The notes: generated by a model from the sequence alone, not told the origin. DNA of 62,218 bases, filler included, from Leptolyngbyaceae cyanobacterium (GCA_046080785.1; 8 parts of 8 records of this genome joined end to end with filler, not necessarily neighbours in it), one strand, 5' to 3'. Positions 1 through 11,111 are shown, counted from the whole stretch's first letter. Made by a program: numbers and translations.

Positions 1-156
1 TAGTTCCCCAGCGACAGAGCCTGCCGGGGCGGCGATCGTCACTTGATGCCCCCGTTGCTGTAAAGCCAGGGCACAGTTCTGAACGGTTAGCTCCACACCC
101 CCGCCCAATCCAGAGCCCAACGGCCCAACGGGGGTAGACACCAAAAGCAGTTTCAA
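1..156 (-). CDS. Glycosyltransferase family 4 protein, N-terminal part (runs off window)
   Basis: Manual translation from TTG at 156: MKLLLVSTPVGPLGSGLGGGVELTVQNCALALQQRGHQVTIAAP, a GT4 N-terminal GG(V)E...GHxV motif. Confidence 0.75.
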   Translation of the reverse strand, partial: MKLLLVSTPVGPLGSGLGGGVELTVQNCALALQQRGHQVTIAAPAGSVAGEL

Positions 157-168
157 TACCCTTACACC

Positions 169-1290
169 CTAAGCCTGTTCAGATGGGTTGACAGCAACAG
201 GAGCCTGGGGCAGTTCCAGGGGCAGAGCCTCGGTGGCCGCTAGGGGGAGCGGTTCCCCTGGTAGGGACGCAGAGCCTGGCCCCAGCTTTTGACTGAGCAG
301 CTCTCGCTGGTTAATCAGATAGATACTGACCAGAGTGAAGCAGACTCCCGCAGTTTGAATCGGGCTCAGCATCTCTGCCAAAAACCGATTGCCAAACAGC
401 AGGGCAAATACGGGTGTTAAGAAAGTGAGGGAGCTGAGACTGGTGAGACTGCCCCGTGCAGCGAAATAAAAGAATAAGCCATAGGCGATCGCACTGCCAA
501 AAATTGTGGAGTAGCTGATGGCCAGCCAGTTGGCCCAATCGAGATTGACCCACTGGGCTGATTCTAATTTGGCAGACAGGGCAAATAGGGGAAGGCCACC
601 TAAAATCATGTGCCACCCGGTTGCCGCGATCGGGTCAGCGTGACGGGCCACATAGCGCATCAGAATGGTGCCCACCGCCATCGACAGAGCGGCCAGTAAC
701 ATCAGCCATTGCCCATTTTGGAACAGGTCGGCCAGTAGATTAGTCCCAAACTGCTCTGCTCCTGGTAAGCTGCCCTTTTGCAACAGCGTCATAATCCATT
801 GATCGGGAAGCCCCAGCAGACTGATACCCAAAATACCCAACAATAAGCCCAACCAGCCCCACAGGCCAATTTGCTCGGCAAACAACCAGCGAGCCATCAG
901 AGCGACCGCCAGCGGTTGAGAATCAATCATGACCGAGCCTAAGCCCGCCCCGGTGCGCACCAACCCCTCTGCCAAAAAGCCCTGAAACAGAGTGCCATCC
1001 ACCAGGGCAAATAGACCAATCCAGCCCCAAGCTCGCCAGCCCTGGGGTTGGGAGCGGCCCAACCAGACAGCCGTGAGCAGCACCAACACCCCAGCAGGCA
1101 CAAGGCGGACGCCAGCCATAAAGAATGGGGATGTATGGGGCATGACTCCCTTCATTGCCACCATGGCTGTGCCCCAAAAAAAGAAGGGCGCAATCAGCAA
1201 CAGCACCAGCAACGGCGATCGCTGGTTAGGGGAGATTGCTGACGGCCCAGGGGAAGGAGTCGGTTGTTCGGTTACAGATGAAGAGGTCAT
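169..1290 (-). CDS. DMT/EamA family transporter
   Basis: About 10 hydrophobic helices, FFWGTAMVAMK motif; likely start ATG 1290 (ORF extends to 1338). Confidence 0.85.
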   Translation of the reverse strand: MTSSSVTEQPTPSPGPSAISPNQRSPLLVLLLIAPFFFWGTAMVAMKGVMPHTSPFFMAGVRLVPAGVLVLLTAVWLGRSQPQGWRAWGWIGLFALVDGTLFQGFLAEGLVRTGAGLGSVMIDSQPLAVALMARWLFAEQIGLWGWLGLLLGILGISLLGLPDQWIMTLLQKGSLPGAEQFGTNLLADLFQNGQWLMLLAALSMAVGTILMRYVARHADPIAATGWHMILGGLPLFALSAKLESAQWVNLDWANWLAISYSTIFGSAIAYGLFFYFAARGSLTSLSSLTFLTPVFALLFGNRFLAEMLSPIQTAGVCFTLVSIYLINQRELLSQKLGPGSASLPGEPLPLAATEALPLELPQAPVAVNPSEQA

Positions 1291-1383
1291 GGGGCAGAGG
1301 CCATTAGATAGACGGATCAAAGGCAAACTATTGATCAAATTCTACCGAATTATTTCAAACTATTAAGCAGCATCGAAAGGATG

Positions 1384-4300
1384 TCACACCCCTTCCAATT
1401 CTTCGTCGGTCAACTCATAGAGATTGCGTAATTGCTCCAGTTTTTCAGCATCGGCATGCCAAAAGCCGCGGCCATGGGCTTCCAGCATTCTGGCCACAAT
1501 ATTGCGGAAGGCCTCTGGGTTCGCTTTCCTGAGCTGCTCCGCCATTGCTGGATCTAGGGCGTAGGTGTCTGCAGCCTGGTCGTAAACCCAGCTTTCCTGG
1601 AAGTCAGCCGTGCCCCCCCAGCCAATCAGAGCGGTCATCCGTTGAGAGACCTCGTAAGCGCCTCCAGACCCCTGGGCCACCATGGCCTCGGCCCAACGAG
1701 GGTTGAGCAATTTTGTGCGGTATTCCATGCGCAGCAGGTCTTCCAGACTGCGGGACGTGGTGTCTTTCGAGAAACTCTCCACAAAACTGGCGGTCACCTT
1801 GCGGCCCTGTTGCAGTTCCGCGGCCTTTTTTAGCCCCCCCGTATTGGCGTAGTATTCCTGAATGTCAGTGAGGCCGTACTCTACCGAATCAATTTCTTGC
1901 ACAATCCGATTGGTCGTGTTCAGCAAGGTTTGGAGGACTTCAGGACGGGCCTGCCCCTTATCTTGTCTGCCGTAGCTAAAGTGATTGCGGCTGACCCAGG
2001 TTTGCCCCAGGTCTGTACCCGACTCCCAATTAGAGGCGGTAACCTGATCGTTGACCAGGGAGCCAAAGTCTCCCGCCGGGTTAGAGAATAATCGGGCTGA
2101 GCTATTTTCAATACCCTGAGATTGGAGGGTGAGCGCGTGTTTACGGATGAAGTTTTGATCTTGGGGTTCAGGGGCCAGGGCTGCCCGTTGAAACAGATCA
2201 TCCAGTAACTCAATAATGTTGACAAAACTATCGCGAAAAATACCCGACAAGTTGGCCAGCACATCAATGCGAGGATGCCCGACCTCCCCTAATGGCTTGA
2301 GCTCGTAGCGCACAATCCGCCCCGTTCCTTCTTTCACGGGTTCGGCCCCCACCAGCTCCAACAGAATGCCAAGGGACTCTCCCTTGGTCTTGATCGCATC
2401 CAGGCCCCACAACATGACCGCCACCGTTTCCGGGTAGGCCCCCTGCTCTTGCAGATGGCGTTGCAAAATCTGTTGGCCGATCGCCCGGCCCCGCTCGTAG
2501 GCAGCGGCAGAGGGCATGCGGTAGGGATCCAGTGCATGGATGTTGCGGCCCGTGGGCAGCACGCCCGGCCCATCTCGCAGCAGGTCTCCTCCTGGTGCGG
2601 GGGGAATGTATTCCCCATTCAGCCCGCGCAGCAAATTGGTCAACTCATCCGTATTTTGGGCCAGCAATTCCCGAATTTGAAGCGCTTCTTCCAGAGGGGG
2701 GGTGTTGCCATTCAGGTCAAACTGTTGCAGCAGGGTTGGGCGATCGCAGCCTTCAGCAATGGCGGCAATGGCAGCAGCAGGGAGCCGATCGCCCAGATAG
2801 GCTTGCAGATAGGTGGCTAGCTCCTCTGCTGTGGGGGGGTGACCAAGGGTATGCAGCCCTGCTGAAAACAGGCGATTTTCCAGGACTTGCAGATACTCGT
2901 AGAGCCTGACCAAGTAACGATCAAACACTTCTGCACTAAACAGGCGGGCATTTTCGGGGGTAAACTCAATCCCCAACTGTCTGGCCTCTTGAAAGGGACA
3001 GTCGGCATCCAGGCCAGTATCCACCACCTTTTTACAGATGGCCGCTTGCAGCCCATCGTTTTTCTCTGGGTCTTCCCGGTATTCTTGGATCAAATCCCGC
3101 AAGTTCACCAGTTCTTTATACAACCCAGCCCGACCGTAGGGGGGGATGTTGTGGGAGACTAAGACGCCGTAGCCCCGCCGCTTAGCCAGGATAGATTCTG
3201 ATGGATTGTTAGCAGCGTAGAGGTAGAGATTGGGCAAATTACCCAGGAGAATGTCTGACCAGGAATAGCCCGTATTCCCCAGGGGCGAGCCCGGCAACCA
3301 TTCCACCGTGCCATGCATGCCAAAGTGGACGATCGCATGGGCCTGAAACCCTTGCTGCAGCCACTGGTAAAAAGCCGCATATTGGGGATGGGGCGTCATA
3401 TCCCGCTCAAACATCAGCCGCATCGGATCCCCAGCAATGCCCAGGGGCGGCTGTACCCCAATCCAGACATGGCCCACTTGAATGCCCCCTAACAGCAGTT
3501 CATCTCCCAGGGTTTTGATGCCGCTATCTCGCAGAGACTTCCAGTTTTTCTCAATCCAGGAGGTGCGCAGGTAGCCCAGCCATTGCTCCAGGGTGCGAAC
3601 GTTGACGGTCGTAATCGGCGCTAACAAAGCTTCTTGCTGCTCACTGCCAGCAGGAATCCACCCATTTCCCAGTTGATCGGCATCCCTGACTTGCTGGATC
3701 AGGGCCTCTCCATCCTGCGGCAGGTCCCCAAGGGTATAGCCCTCAGCCTTGAGGGCACGCAACAGCGCCAGCAAAGACTGGGGCACATTCAGTAACGCCG
3801 CTGTTCCGACCGCGCCATAACCGGGAGGAAAGCCATAGAGCAAAATGGCAATCCGCCGTTTTGCCGGAGGAGTCCGGTGTAACTCGATCCAGTGTTTAAC
3901 CCGCGCTGTTAACCGTTGCACCCGATCGGGCACCAGGTAAATCTCTTCTCCGACCAACCCTCCGATGGGAACCGTGTCGATCGCCCCATCCAACTCGGGT
4001 AGGGCATACAACACCACGCTTTGGAGACCACCAATGCCCTTGCGCGTCCAGGAGTGAATATCCTGAATCAGCAGAGGCGCTGCCACACTGTAGGGCACAT
4101 TTTTGGCACCGAGAATCCGTTTTGCAACCTCTACCTGCCGCCCTGCCTCCATCGATCCCGCTGGTCCTCCCACCAGGGGAAACCCGATCGTCGAGACAAT
4201 GGCATCCACTGTCACTGCTTCACTAGACAGGGATGGGGTCTCGATCAGGCCTTGAGCGCGACGCTCCTGCTCATAGGTCGTTGTCATCCAATCCCGCACC

Positions 4301-5136
4301 GCCACATGGCCCTCCACCCCATTGATAAAAATGGGGAGAGGCAGCAACCCCGCCGCCTCAAAGGCCCGGATTAATTGGGGAATGTAAGCCTGCCTGGTAA
4401 TCACATGCTTGCGATATAGCAGCAACCCAACGACTGGCGTATCCCTTGCCGCTTCCTGTTTTTTGCCCCGATACCACTCCCAATAGGCCCGGGGCGACTC
4501 AAAATAGCCCAAGTGATCGGGATGCAGCAATCCCATATTGGGTGTCTCCAGTACCGGCGGAACCTCACCCACCTCAAGCCCCAGGTAGGTCTCCGCCAGA
4601 AACCAGAACAGAGCCACTACATTTTCAGTGCCCCCTGCATTCCAGTAGCCATAGATAATCAGCCAGTTACGCAGATCCTGCACCTTGCCGATCGGTACAT
4701 ATTTCAATAGCTTGGGGCCAGCCTTGAGGAAACTGAGATAACCCGCTAACCGGTCTTCTTCTCGGCTGTTGGTAAACTTGCTGAGGATAAATTGCACGGG
4801 CTTGGGCATCCCCTTGGGGCTGTCGCCAATGGCAAACTTGCCCAGTCGGGTCAGGCTGATCAGTTCCAATGCTGACTCAAATACCAGCCGAATTGGAACC
4901 TGTTGAGCCCGCTGTCGCAGCCAAGTCACCTGGTCATAATCAAACAGCAGGCTGGCAAACAAGACCTGCGCCCCTGTTAAAGCCGCCTCTATCGCTGCTG
5001 GGTTTGCAACCAGATCCCGATCGCTAAAAGTAAGGATTTCCAGGTCGGGGCAGCGGGCTTGAGCCAACTGAGCGGCCTGCTGATAAAGGTTGGCGTTAAA
5101 TGACTCAAATCCGGCAATCAAAACGATGCGGGGCAT
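1384..5136 (-). CDS. bchH: Magnesium chelatase subunit H (BchH-type paralogue)
   Basis: 1250 aa CobN/ChlH family: HFGMHGTVEWLPG, LPTGRNIHALDP, RTKLLNPRW. Confidence 0.9.
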   Translation of the reverse strand: MPRIVLIAGFESFNANLYQQAAQLAQARCPDLEILTFSDRDLVANPAAIEAALTGAQVLFASLLFDYDQVTWLRQRAQQVPIRLVFESALELISLTRLGKFAIGDSPKGMPKPVQFILSKFTNSREEDRLAGYLSFLKAGPKLLKYVPIGKVQDLRNWLIIYGYWNAGGTENVVALFWFLAETYLGLEVGEVPPVLETPNMGLLHPDHLGYFESPRAYWEWYRGKKQEAARDTPVVGLLLYRKHVITRQAYIPQLIRAFEAAGLLPLPIFINGVEGHVAVRDWMTTTYEQERRAQGLIETPSLSSEAVTVDAIVSTIGFPLVGGPAGSMEAGRQVEVAKRILGAKNVPYSVAAPLLIQDIHSWTRKGIGGLQSVVLYALPELDGAIDTVPIGGLVGEEIYLVPDRVQRLTARVKHWIELHRTPPAKRRIAILLYGFPPGYGAVGTAALLNVPQSLLALLRALKAEGYTLGDLPQDGEALIQQVRDADQLGNGWIPAGSEQQEALLAPITTVNVRTLEQWLGYLRTSWIEKNWKSLRDSGIKTLGDELLLGGIQVGHVWIGVQPPLGIAGDPMRLMFERDMTPHPQYAAFYQWLQQGFQAHAIVHFGMHGTVEWLPGSPLGNTGYSWSDILLGNLPNLYLYAANNPSESILAKRRGYGVLVSHNIPPYGRAGLYKELVNLRDLIQEYREDPEKNDGLQAAICKKVVDTGLDADCPFQEARQLGIEFTPENARLFSAEVFDRYLVRLYEYLQVLENRLFSAGLHTLGHPPTAEELATYLQAYLGDRLPAAAIAAIAEGCDRPTLLQQFDLNGNTPPLEEALQIRELLAQNTDELTNLLRGLNGEYIPPAPGGDLLRDGPGVLPTGRNIHALDPYRMPSAAAYERGRAIGQQILQRHLQEQGAYPETVAVMLWGLDAIKTKGESLGILLELVGAEPVKEGTGRIVRYELKPLGEVGHPRIDVLANLSGIFRDSFVNIIELLDDLFQRAALAPEPQDQNFIRKHALTLQSQGIENSSARLFSNPAGDFGSLVNDQVTASNWESGTDLGQTWVSRNHFSYGRQDKGQARPEVLQTLLNTTNRIVQEIDSVEYGLTDIQEYYANTGGLKKAAELQQGRKVTASFVESFSKDTTSRSLEDLLRMEYRTKLLNPRWAEAMVAQGSGGAYEVSQRMTALIGWGGTADFQESWVYDQAADTYALDPAMAEQLRKANPEAFRNIVARMLEAHGRGFWHADAEKLEQLRNLYELTDEELEGV

Positions 5137-5187
5137 GGTTCACCTCCAATCCCATCCTTCCTCTAATTGGGTAGAACTATTTTGATC

Positions 5188-5235
5188 TTACAGAATTGAG
5201 CGTAAAGCCCATGCTTTAAGGAGTGGGCGATAAGC
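5188..5235 (+). repeat. Isolated IS200/IS605-type left-end hairpin remnant
   Basis: TTAC followed by AGAATTGAGCGTAAAGCCCA...TGGGC hairpin; near-identical to the reverse complement of 50474-50506, which abuts a tnpB remnant. Confidence 0.6.
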
Positions 5236-5256
5236 TTGCTTCCCCAATTGAAAAAT

Positions 5257-6531
5257 TCAATCCACAAAGCGGATAAATTTATTCTTGCCCAGTTGCAACA
5301 CCTTACCTACCAGAGCATCTGGAGTGTCAAAAGTGAGGTTAACCTCTGTCACCCGATCGCCCTCAAACCGCACAGCCCCACCCTGGATCTGCCGCCGCGC
5401 CTCTGAGCTACTCTTACACAGACCAGAGGCACTCACCAGGTAGAACAACTTGACCGGAAACTCAATGTTCGACAGCGAAAATTCTGGCACCCGGTCTGCT
5501 TGAGTAGAAGCCCCCTTTACCAATGCTGCCGCATCCTGCTGAGCTTGCTTAGCAGGCCCATCCCCGTGGTACTGGGCCGTAATCGTTAAGGCCAGTAATT
5601 TTTGGGCCTCCCGGGGATTTTGGGGCAACTGATCTAAAGCGAGATTAGTCAATAGCTCAAAATATTGCTTCAGCAGATGATCCGGGGTTTTCTCCAACTT
5701 AGAGTACATGGTTAAGGGGTCTTCCGTCAGGGCAACATAGTTGCCTAGGGACTTTGACATTTTTTGACTTCCATCTGTCCCCAACAGAATCGGCAGCAGC
5801 ACCCCAAATTGAGGCCGCAGGCCAAAATGGCGCTGGAGGTCGCGGCCCACAGCGATATTAAACTTTTGATCGGTTCCTCCTAACTCCACATCGGCGGCGA
5901 TCGCAACGGAGTCATAGCCCTGCATCAGGGGATAGAGAAACTCATGTAGGTAGACCGGGTTACCCTGCTCATATCGTTCGGCAAAGCCTTCTTTAGCCAG
6001 CATTTGCCCCACGGTCATGGTGCCCAGCAGTTCTAAAATTTTGCCCAAATCCAGCTTAGACAGCCACTCGGAGTTGTAGCGAATTTCCAGGCGATCGGGG
6101 GTGTCGAAGTCAAGGATGGGGCGCACCTGATCCAGATAGGTTTTGGCATTTGTTGCCACATCTGCTTCAGTCAGTTGCTGGCGCACCTCTGACTTGCCGG
6201 TCGGGTCTCCAATCCGAGCGGTAAAGTCTCCAATAATCAGAACCGCCGTATGGCCGGCATCTTGAAAAGCCCGCAGGGTTCGCACTGGAATACTATGACC
6301 TAAGTGAATCTCAGCCCCTGTTGGATCGATGCCTAGCTTGACCCGCAGCGGCCGATCGCAGGTCTGGAGTCGCTTTACCAGGTTCTCGTCCGGGTTTGTC
6401 GAATCAGCCTGATCGGGGAAAATTTCACTGATCCCCCGCCGCAACCAGTGAAAAGACTGATTAGATGTGCTTTCAGGCTTGTTATCCTGTAGCGATCGGG
6501 AGGCGACTATCAAATTAGATTTATCGTTCAC
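5257..6531 (-). CDS. tyrS: Tyrosine--tRNA ligase
   Basis: HLGH and KMSKS motifs, C-terminal S4 domain. Confidence 0.97.
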   Translation of the reverse strand: MNDKSNLIVASRSLQDNKPESTSNQSFHWLRRGISEIFPDQADSTNPDENLVKRLQTCDRPLRVKLGIDPTGAEIHLGHSIPVRTLRAFQDAGHTAVLIIGDFTARIGDPTGKSEVRQQLTEADVATNAKTYLDQVRPILDFDTPDRLEIRYNSEWLSKLDLGKILELLGTMTVGQMLAKEGFAERYEQGNPVYLHEFLYPLMQGYDSVAIAADVELGGTDQKFNIAVGRDLQRHFGLRPQFGVLLPILLGTDGSQKMSKSLGNYVALTEDPLTMYSKLEKTPDHLLKQYFELLTNLALDQLPQNPREAQKLLALTITAQYHGDGPAKQAQQDAAALVKGASTQADRVPEFSLSNIEFPVKLFYLVSASGLCKSSSEARRQIQGGAVRFEGDRVTEVNLTFDTPDALVGKVLQLGKNKFIRFVD

Positions 6532-6777
6532 GACTTAGAAACAGAGGATTATAATGAGGCAAACTCACAATATAGGGTCACAATAAATGATCACGTTCTA
6601 GACAGGGCTAATTACCCGTACCGGAGTCAGCCTGACCCTACTCTACCCCGATTTGTGAAACCTTATTGCCAGTCCAGGCCCATCTTTTCGAGGTTGCCGC
6701 TTTTTATTTTGTCAAATAATTAAACCAATCGAGCATTTTCCTCAAAGTTATAGTCATCCGAGGTTTATCAAAATACC

Positions 6778-8694
6778 GTGTCATCCAACGCTTTACGCAA
6801 CCAACCCAAGCAGTCTGCTGTTCCTGATACGCTCCATCAATTTATCAAGGCCGTCACAAAAGTAACGGGTGCCAGCGTCCTTGGTATTACGATGCTGACA
6901 AGTTCGATCGTGGCAGGGGGGTTGGTGGGTCTGGCGATTAGTTTCCGCAACCTGCCTGATGTCAGAATTCTCCGTAGCTATGCCCCCAGTCAAACCACCT
7001 ATATCTATGACATGAAGGGCAAGCTTTTGGCCAGTCTGCATGGAGAGGCTAACCGCAGCGTTGTGCCACTGGATAAAATTTCACCTCACCTGAAGCGGGC
7101 TGTTATTGCGATCGAAGATAGCCACTTTTACCAACACACTGGCGTTAATCCTGGTGCGGTCACCCGCGCCTTGATTGCTAACTGGACAGAAGGCCGTACG
7201 GTAGAAGGTGGCTCTACCTTAACCATGCAGTTGGTTAAAAACTTATTTCTAACCCCAAAGCGAGCATTTAGCCGCAAATTAGCCGAGTCAGTTCTGGCAA
7301 CACGGGTTGAGCAGGTCTTCTCTAAAAACCAAATTTTGGAGATGTACTTAAACCAGGTGTACTGGGGGCATAACACCTATGGCGCAGAAACCGCTGCTCA
7401 AAGCTATTTTGGTAAGCACGCTACAGATTTAAACCTGGCTGAGTCAGCATTGATGGCTGGCCTGATCCAGGCTCCAGAGAGTTTGAGCCCCTTTGTTAAT
7501 TACAAGTTCTCGAAACAACGGCAAAAAGATGTTCTCAATCGGATGGCAGACCTGAAGTGGATTACCCCTCAAGAGGCTGATGCTGCCTATAAACAACCCT
7601 TAAAGTTTGGAGAAATTACTTCCTTCCGCGGCAGTCAATTGCCCTACATCACAGAAGCTGCGACTCAAGAACTGACGCAGCGGTTTGGTAAGGATGCCTT
7701 GATTAAGGGGGGCATGCGAGTCCAAACCACGGTTGACTCTAAAATGCAACGGATCGCTGAGGATACAGTGCTATGGGGCAACCAAAAGTTAAATAATCAG
7801 GGGGTGTATGCCGACCAAATGGCGTTGGTTGCCGTCGATCCCCGTACTCACTACGTCAAGGCGATGGTTGGTGGCGTTGATTATAAGAAGAGCCAATACA
7901 ATCGAGCCACTCAGGCAATGCGGCAGCCGGGCTCAGCCTTTAAGCCGTTTGTCTACTATGCAGCCTTTGCATCAGGAAAGTATACTCCAGATTCTATCGT
8001 CAACGATACCCCAGTAAGCTATCCCGATGGCTATGAGATGTACTATCCCCAGAACTATGACAACACGTTTGCTGGGCCAATCTCCATTCGACGAGCCCTG
8101 GAAGTCTCCCGTAACATCCCTGCAATCCGGTTGGGGCAAGAAATCGGTCTGAATAAAGTAATTGATGTCGTGCGGACGATCGGGATTCGCAGCCCAATTG
8201 AGCCAGTGGTCTCGCTTCCCCTTGGTTCTGTAGATTTAACTCCCTTAGAGATGGCTGGTTCCTACGCGACCCTTGCCAGCAATGGCTGGTACTCAGAAAC
8301 GACACTAATAGCCCAGGTGACAGATAGCTCAGGTAATGTGCTGCTGGATAACACACCGAAGCCTCAACTTGTTCTAGACCCCTGGGCTACGGCTTCCCTT
8401 ACTGATGTTTTGCGGGGGGTTGTGGATCGAGGAACTGGCGTTGAAGCCCGATTTGGTCGCCCAGCCGCAGGTAAAACCGGAACCACCTCATCGGAACGGG
8501 ACATCTGGTTTGTCGGTTATGTACCCCAACTTGCAACAGCGATTTGGGCAGGCAATGATAATTATTCCCCAGTAGGTCAGGGGGCAACAGGAGGCGGGTT
8601 TATTGCACCCATCTGGCGAGAGTTTATGTACCAGGCTCTGCAAAATACCCCTGTTGACAACTTCCGATCGCCCTCTGAGTTCCAAAAGCCATAG
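6778..8694 (+). CDS. Class A penicillin-binding protein (transglycosylase/transpeptidase)
   Basis: EDSHFY, GGSTLTMQL, SAFK, SRN and KTGT motifs. Confidence 0.93.
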   Translation: MSSNALRNQPKQSAVPDTLHQFIKAVTKVTGASVLGITMLTSSIVAGGLVGLAISFRNLPDVRILRSYAPSQTTYIYDMKGKLLASLHGEANRSVVPLDKISPHLKRAVIAIEDSHFYQHTGVNPGAVTRALIANWTEGRTVEGGSTLTMQLVKNLFLTPKRAFSRKLAESVLATRVEQVFSKNQILEMYLNQVYWGHNTYGAETAAQSYFGKHATDLNLAESALMAGLIQAPESLSPFVNYKFSKQRQKDVLNRMADLKWITPQEADAAYKQPLKFGEITSFRGSQLPYITEAATQELTQRFGKDALIKGGMRVQTTVDSKMQRIAEDTVLWGNQKLNNQGVYADQMALVAVDPRTHYVKAMVGGVDYKKSQYNRATQAMRQPGSAFKPFVYYAAFASGKYTPDSIVNDTPVSYPDGYEMYYPQNYDNTFAGPISIRRALEVSRNIPAIRLGQEIGLNKVIDVVRTIGIRSPIEPVVSLPLGSVDLTPLEMAGSYATLASNGWYSETTLIAQVTDSSGNVLLDNTPKPQLVLDPWATASLTDVLRGVVDRGTGVEARFGRPAAGKTGTTSSERDIWFVGYVPQLATAIWAGNDNYSPVGQGATGGGFIAPIWREFMYQALQNTPVDNFRSPSEFQKP

Positions 8695-8714
8695 ACAAAA
8701 AATTAGGTTTGGTC

Positions 8715-8811
8715 TAAAAGCAGTTTTCGCTGGTGTGAGGTACATGGCAATGCCTGTAATACCTGTCCAGCAAGATTTCTGTTGTACCCTGTTCGATCAG
8801 GAACCGTTATA
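8715..8811. mobile_element. MITE of about 97 bp with TA-flanked imperfect inverted ends
   Basis: Ends TAAAAGCAGTTTTC...GAGGTACA and TGTACCC...GAACCGTTATA; a diverged second copy lies at 38065-38122. Confidence 0.6.
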
Positions 8812-8829
8812 AAAGCGCAACTGTTAACC

Positions 8830-9147
8830 TTAGTTCTCAATTTCAGATCGCATTCTCTGCAGGGTTTGATTCATCTGATCAAACATCTGCTGGGGAGTTA
8901 CACCAAACTGGCCCAATTGTGTTTTCAACTGTTCTACAGTCATTTGAGCCATAAAGTCATCAGATAACTCAAACCGCTTCATGAAGATGCGATACCGATC
9001 CATGATGGCTTCCATTTGTTCAATAAACAGTTTTTTACCTTCACGATCAAACTTGCCGTAACTACCTCCCATCTGCATGAGAGACTGGTAATCGCTAAAT
9101 AGTTGTTTGGCCTCTTCCTGGACAATTTCAGATTCAAAAAATCCCAT
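8830..9147 (-). CDS. DUF1825 family protein
   Basis: MGFFESEIVQEEAKQLF...YGKFDREGK, conserved cyanobacterial family. Confidence 0.85.
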   Translation of the reverse strand: MGFFESEIVQEEAKQLFSDYQSLMQMGGSYGKFDREGKKLFIEQMEAIMDRYRIFMKRFELSDDFMAQMTVEQLKTQLGQFGVTPQQMFDQMNQTLQRMRSEIEN

Positions 9148-9256
9148 TGCTTTCACTAAGAAGTATTGAAGTATTAAAGAGATTAATTTTATGTTAGGTC
9201 ATTGCTCAAGGTTCGTTAAGTAGGGGTTCCCCTACCAATCTCCAGATTCAGAGCAC

Positions 9257-10198
9257 TCAACGTGAACGAAAAAAATCAAACAGCCCCCTGGGCTTCTGCT
9301 GCTTCAGGAGATCAGATTGAACTTTCTGAGTCTGATCACTTTTATCCGGTAGATTTTGTGGGATTAATGGGGTCACATCTAATTTAGCCGCATACTTTAC
9401 TGCCAGGGTATTTTGTGGATTGAGCTTCAGTGCCTGGCGACAGTGTACTCTTGCCATGCCAAACAATTTTTGATGAAAATAGGCCAGACCTAATAGGGCA
9501 TGATAGTCGCTATTGGTGGGCTCTAATTTAATCGCATCCCGCAGTTCCTGAACCGCAAAAGGCCAATTTTGCTTACTCATATAATCCTGTGCCCGCCGGT
9601 AATGGCGTTGAGCGTAGGTTTCGGTCGGCGCTTCCGGGTGGAGCATCAAGGACGCCAACGGATTAGAATTGACCCCCTTTGCTGCTACCAACCCTATTCG
9701 TTTTTCTGTAACTGGTTTTTCCCCTAAATTCAGGCGAAAATAGGCCAGATTCAGTTCGTGCAGTTGTTCAGTAATATCTGCAAATTCAGCCAAAGATTGG
9801 TACTGCAACTCAGCCAATTCACTAATGCTATGTTCATAGAACATGTCAACTTGATGGATTGGCTGTCGGATCAACTCGTTTGCCATTGCTCCCGCCGGTT
9901 GCCAGCCTTCTCGGTGGAGGCGACGCACCTGAATCCGAAGCACAACTTTATACTCTGAACGACCTTTTTCTTGCTTAAGCCGCTGGTAAGCAGGGTTAAC
10001 CAAGCGAGAGAAAAGTTGGCCAGCGATCTCTCGGGTTGCAGCAGCATCCTGATCGCGATGATCAGGATGCAAAATTTTGGCAACTTGCCGATAACGCTTG
10101 AGCACACGCTGATCATCGGCAGTCAGTGCTAAACCCAGTACAGAATAGGGATCAGTGAGTTTATCAAACCAGTCAGGTAGAAATCCCCCAATTGTCAT
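9257..10198 (-). CDS. DnaJ-domain plus TPR protein
   Basis: N-terminal J domain (DPYSVLG...HPD) and C-terminal TPRs. Confidence 0.85.
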   Translation of the reverse strand: MTIGGFLPDWFDKLTDPYSVLGLALTADDQRVLKRYRQVAKILHPDHRDQDAAATREIAGQLFSRLVNPAYQRLKQEKGRSEYKVVLRIQVRRLHREGWQPAGAMANELIRQPIHQVDMFYEHSISELAELQYQSLAEFADITEQLHELNLAYFRLNLGEKPVTEKRIGLVAAKGVNSNPLASLMLHPEAPTETYAQRHYRRAQDYMSKQNWPFAVQELRDAIKLEPTNSDYHALLGLAYFHQKLFGMARVHCRQALKLNPQNTLAVKYAAKLDVTPLIPQNLPDKSDQTQKVQSDLLKQQKPRGLFDFFRSR

Positions 10199-10319
10199 TC
10201 TTAGTTTGCCTGCTGGGTAACACTAGTCAATAATTTACGACGCTTCTGGCGTAAACCAGGATTACCAGAGTAATTCTCAAAGACTTTTCATAAAGACTTT
10301 ACGAAGATCTGATGATTGC

Positions 10320-10976
10320 TCATTCCCGTACAAGCTCAGTATTCACCTCGTTAAGAGAACGACGTTTCAACTCAACCGACTGCGATCGGGGCAGCAGGTC
10401 AAAAACCTTACGAAATTTATCATCTACTTGCTCAAAGGCCAGGATGCCTGTCTGATTTAAGACGACCTTGCCCTTCGGGTCTAGCAGGACGGTTTGAGGT
10501 ACTAGCCCCTGATAGTAATAGCCTGCATCCTTGGGAGCAGGGGTTGCCTGGAGCGGGATAGAATCAACCCGAATGGGGAGGAAATCTGCCACTCGCCCAT
10601 AAAATGCTTGTAATTGAGAAATGACTGTGGTGTATTGCTTACAATCAGCACTGTCGTCGACGTAGTAAACAATCAATATCGGGCGATCTCGCTTCAACGC
10701 CTGCTCCAGGGTAAAGCGGGGGGGCACCAGTGAGCCATTACCGGCATACAGGGCAAAAATTTCGCCATCATAGTGATCGTCGGTTAAGCCTGCCCATGCT
10801 GGCACCGGGTTTATAGTCAGCAAGAGGCTAAGGGCTAACAGGAGAATAACGCCTAGCCGTTGTAAGGCGGGCCGAATCCCTCGAAATTGCTGGGATATCC
10901 AACCTGTCATGGCAGATAAAATGGCTAGCAGCGATAGAAAACTCATAGCAGTTAAAAACTTTTTCCTTGACAGCAA
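10320..10976 (-). CDS. Thioredoxin-like thylakoid photosystem I accumulation factor
   Basis: DGEIFALYAGNGSLVPP motif; true start probably ATG near 10910-10946. Confidence 0.75.
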   Translation of the reverse strand: MLSRKKFLTAMSFLSLLAILSAMTGWISQQFRGIRPALQRLGVILLLALSLLLTINPVPAWAGLTDDHYDGEIFALYAGNGSLVPPRFTLEQALKRDRPILIVYYVDDSADCKQYTTVISQLQAFYGRVADFLPIRVDSIPLQATPAPKDAGYYYQGLVPQTVLLDPKGKVVLNQTGILAFEQVDDKFRKVFDLLPRSQSVELKRRSLNEVNTELVRE

Positions 10977-11111
10977 TTGATGGCATCAGCCCATTCCCAT
11001 TCTGGAGCAAGTCGAGCATTGTAACAATTCTGATCTGCCAGGGGCTTGGCAGGTAACTATTCCTACTTAAACAAAGTTGTAGCGAGTTTGTTTAAGCGTT
11101 ATCATATAAGC

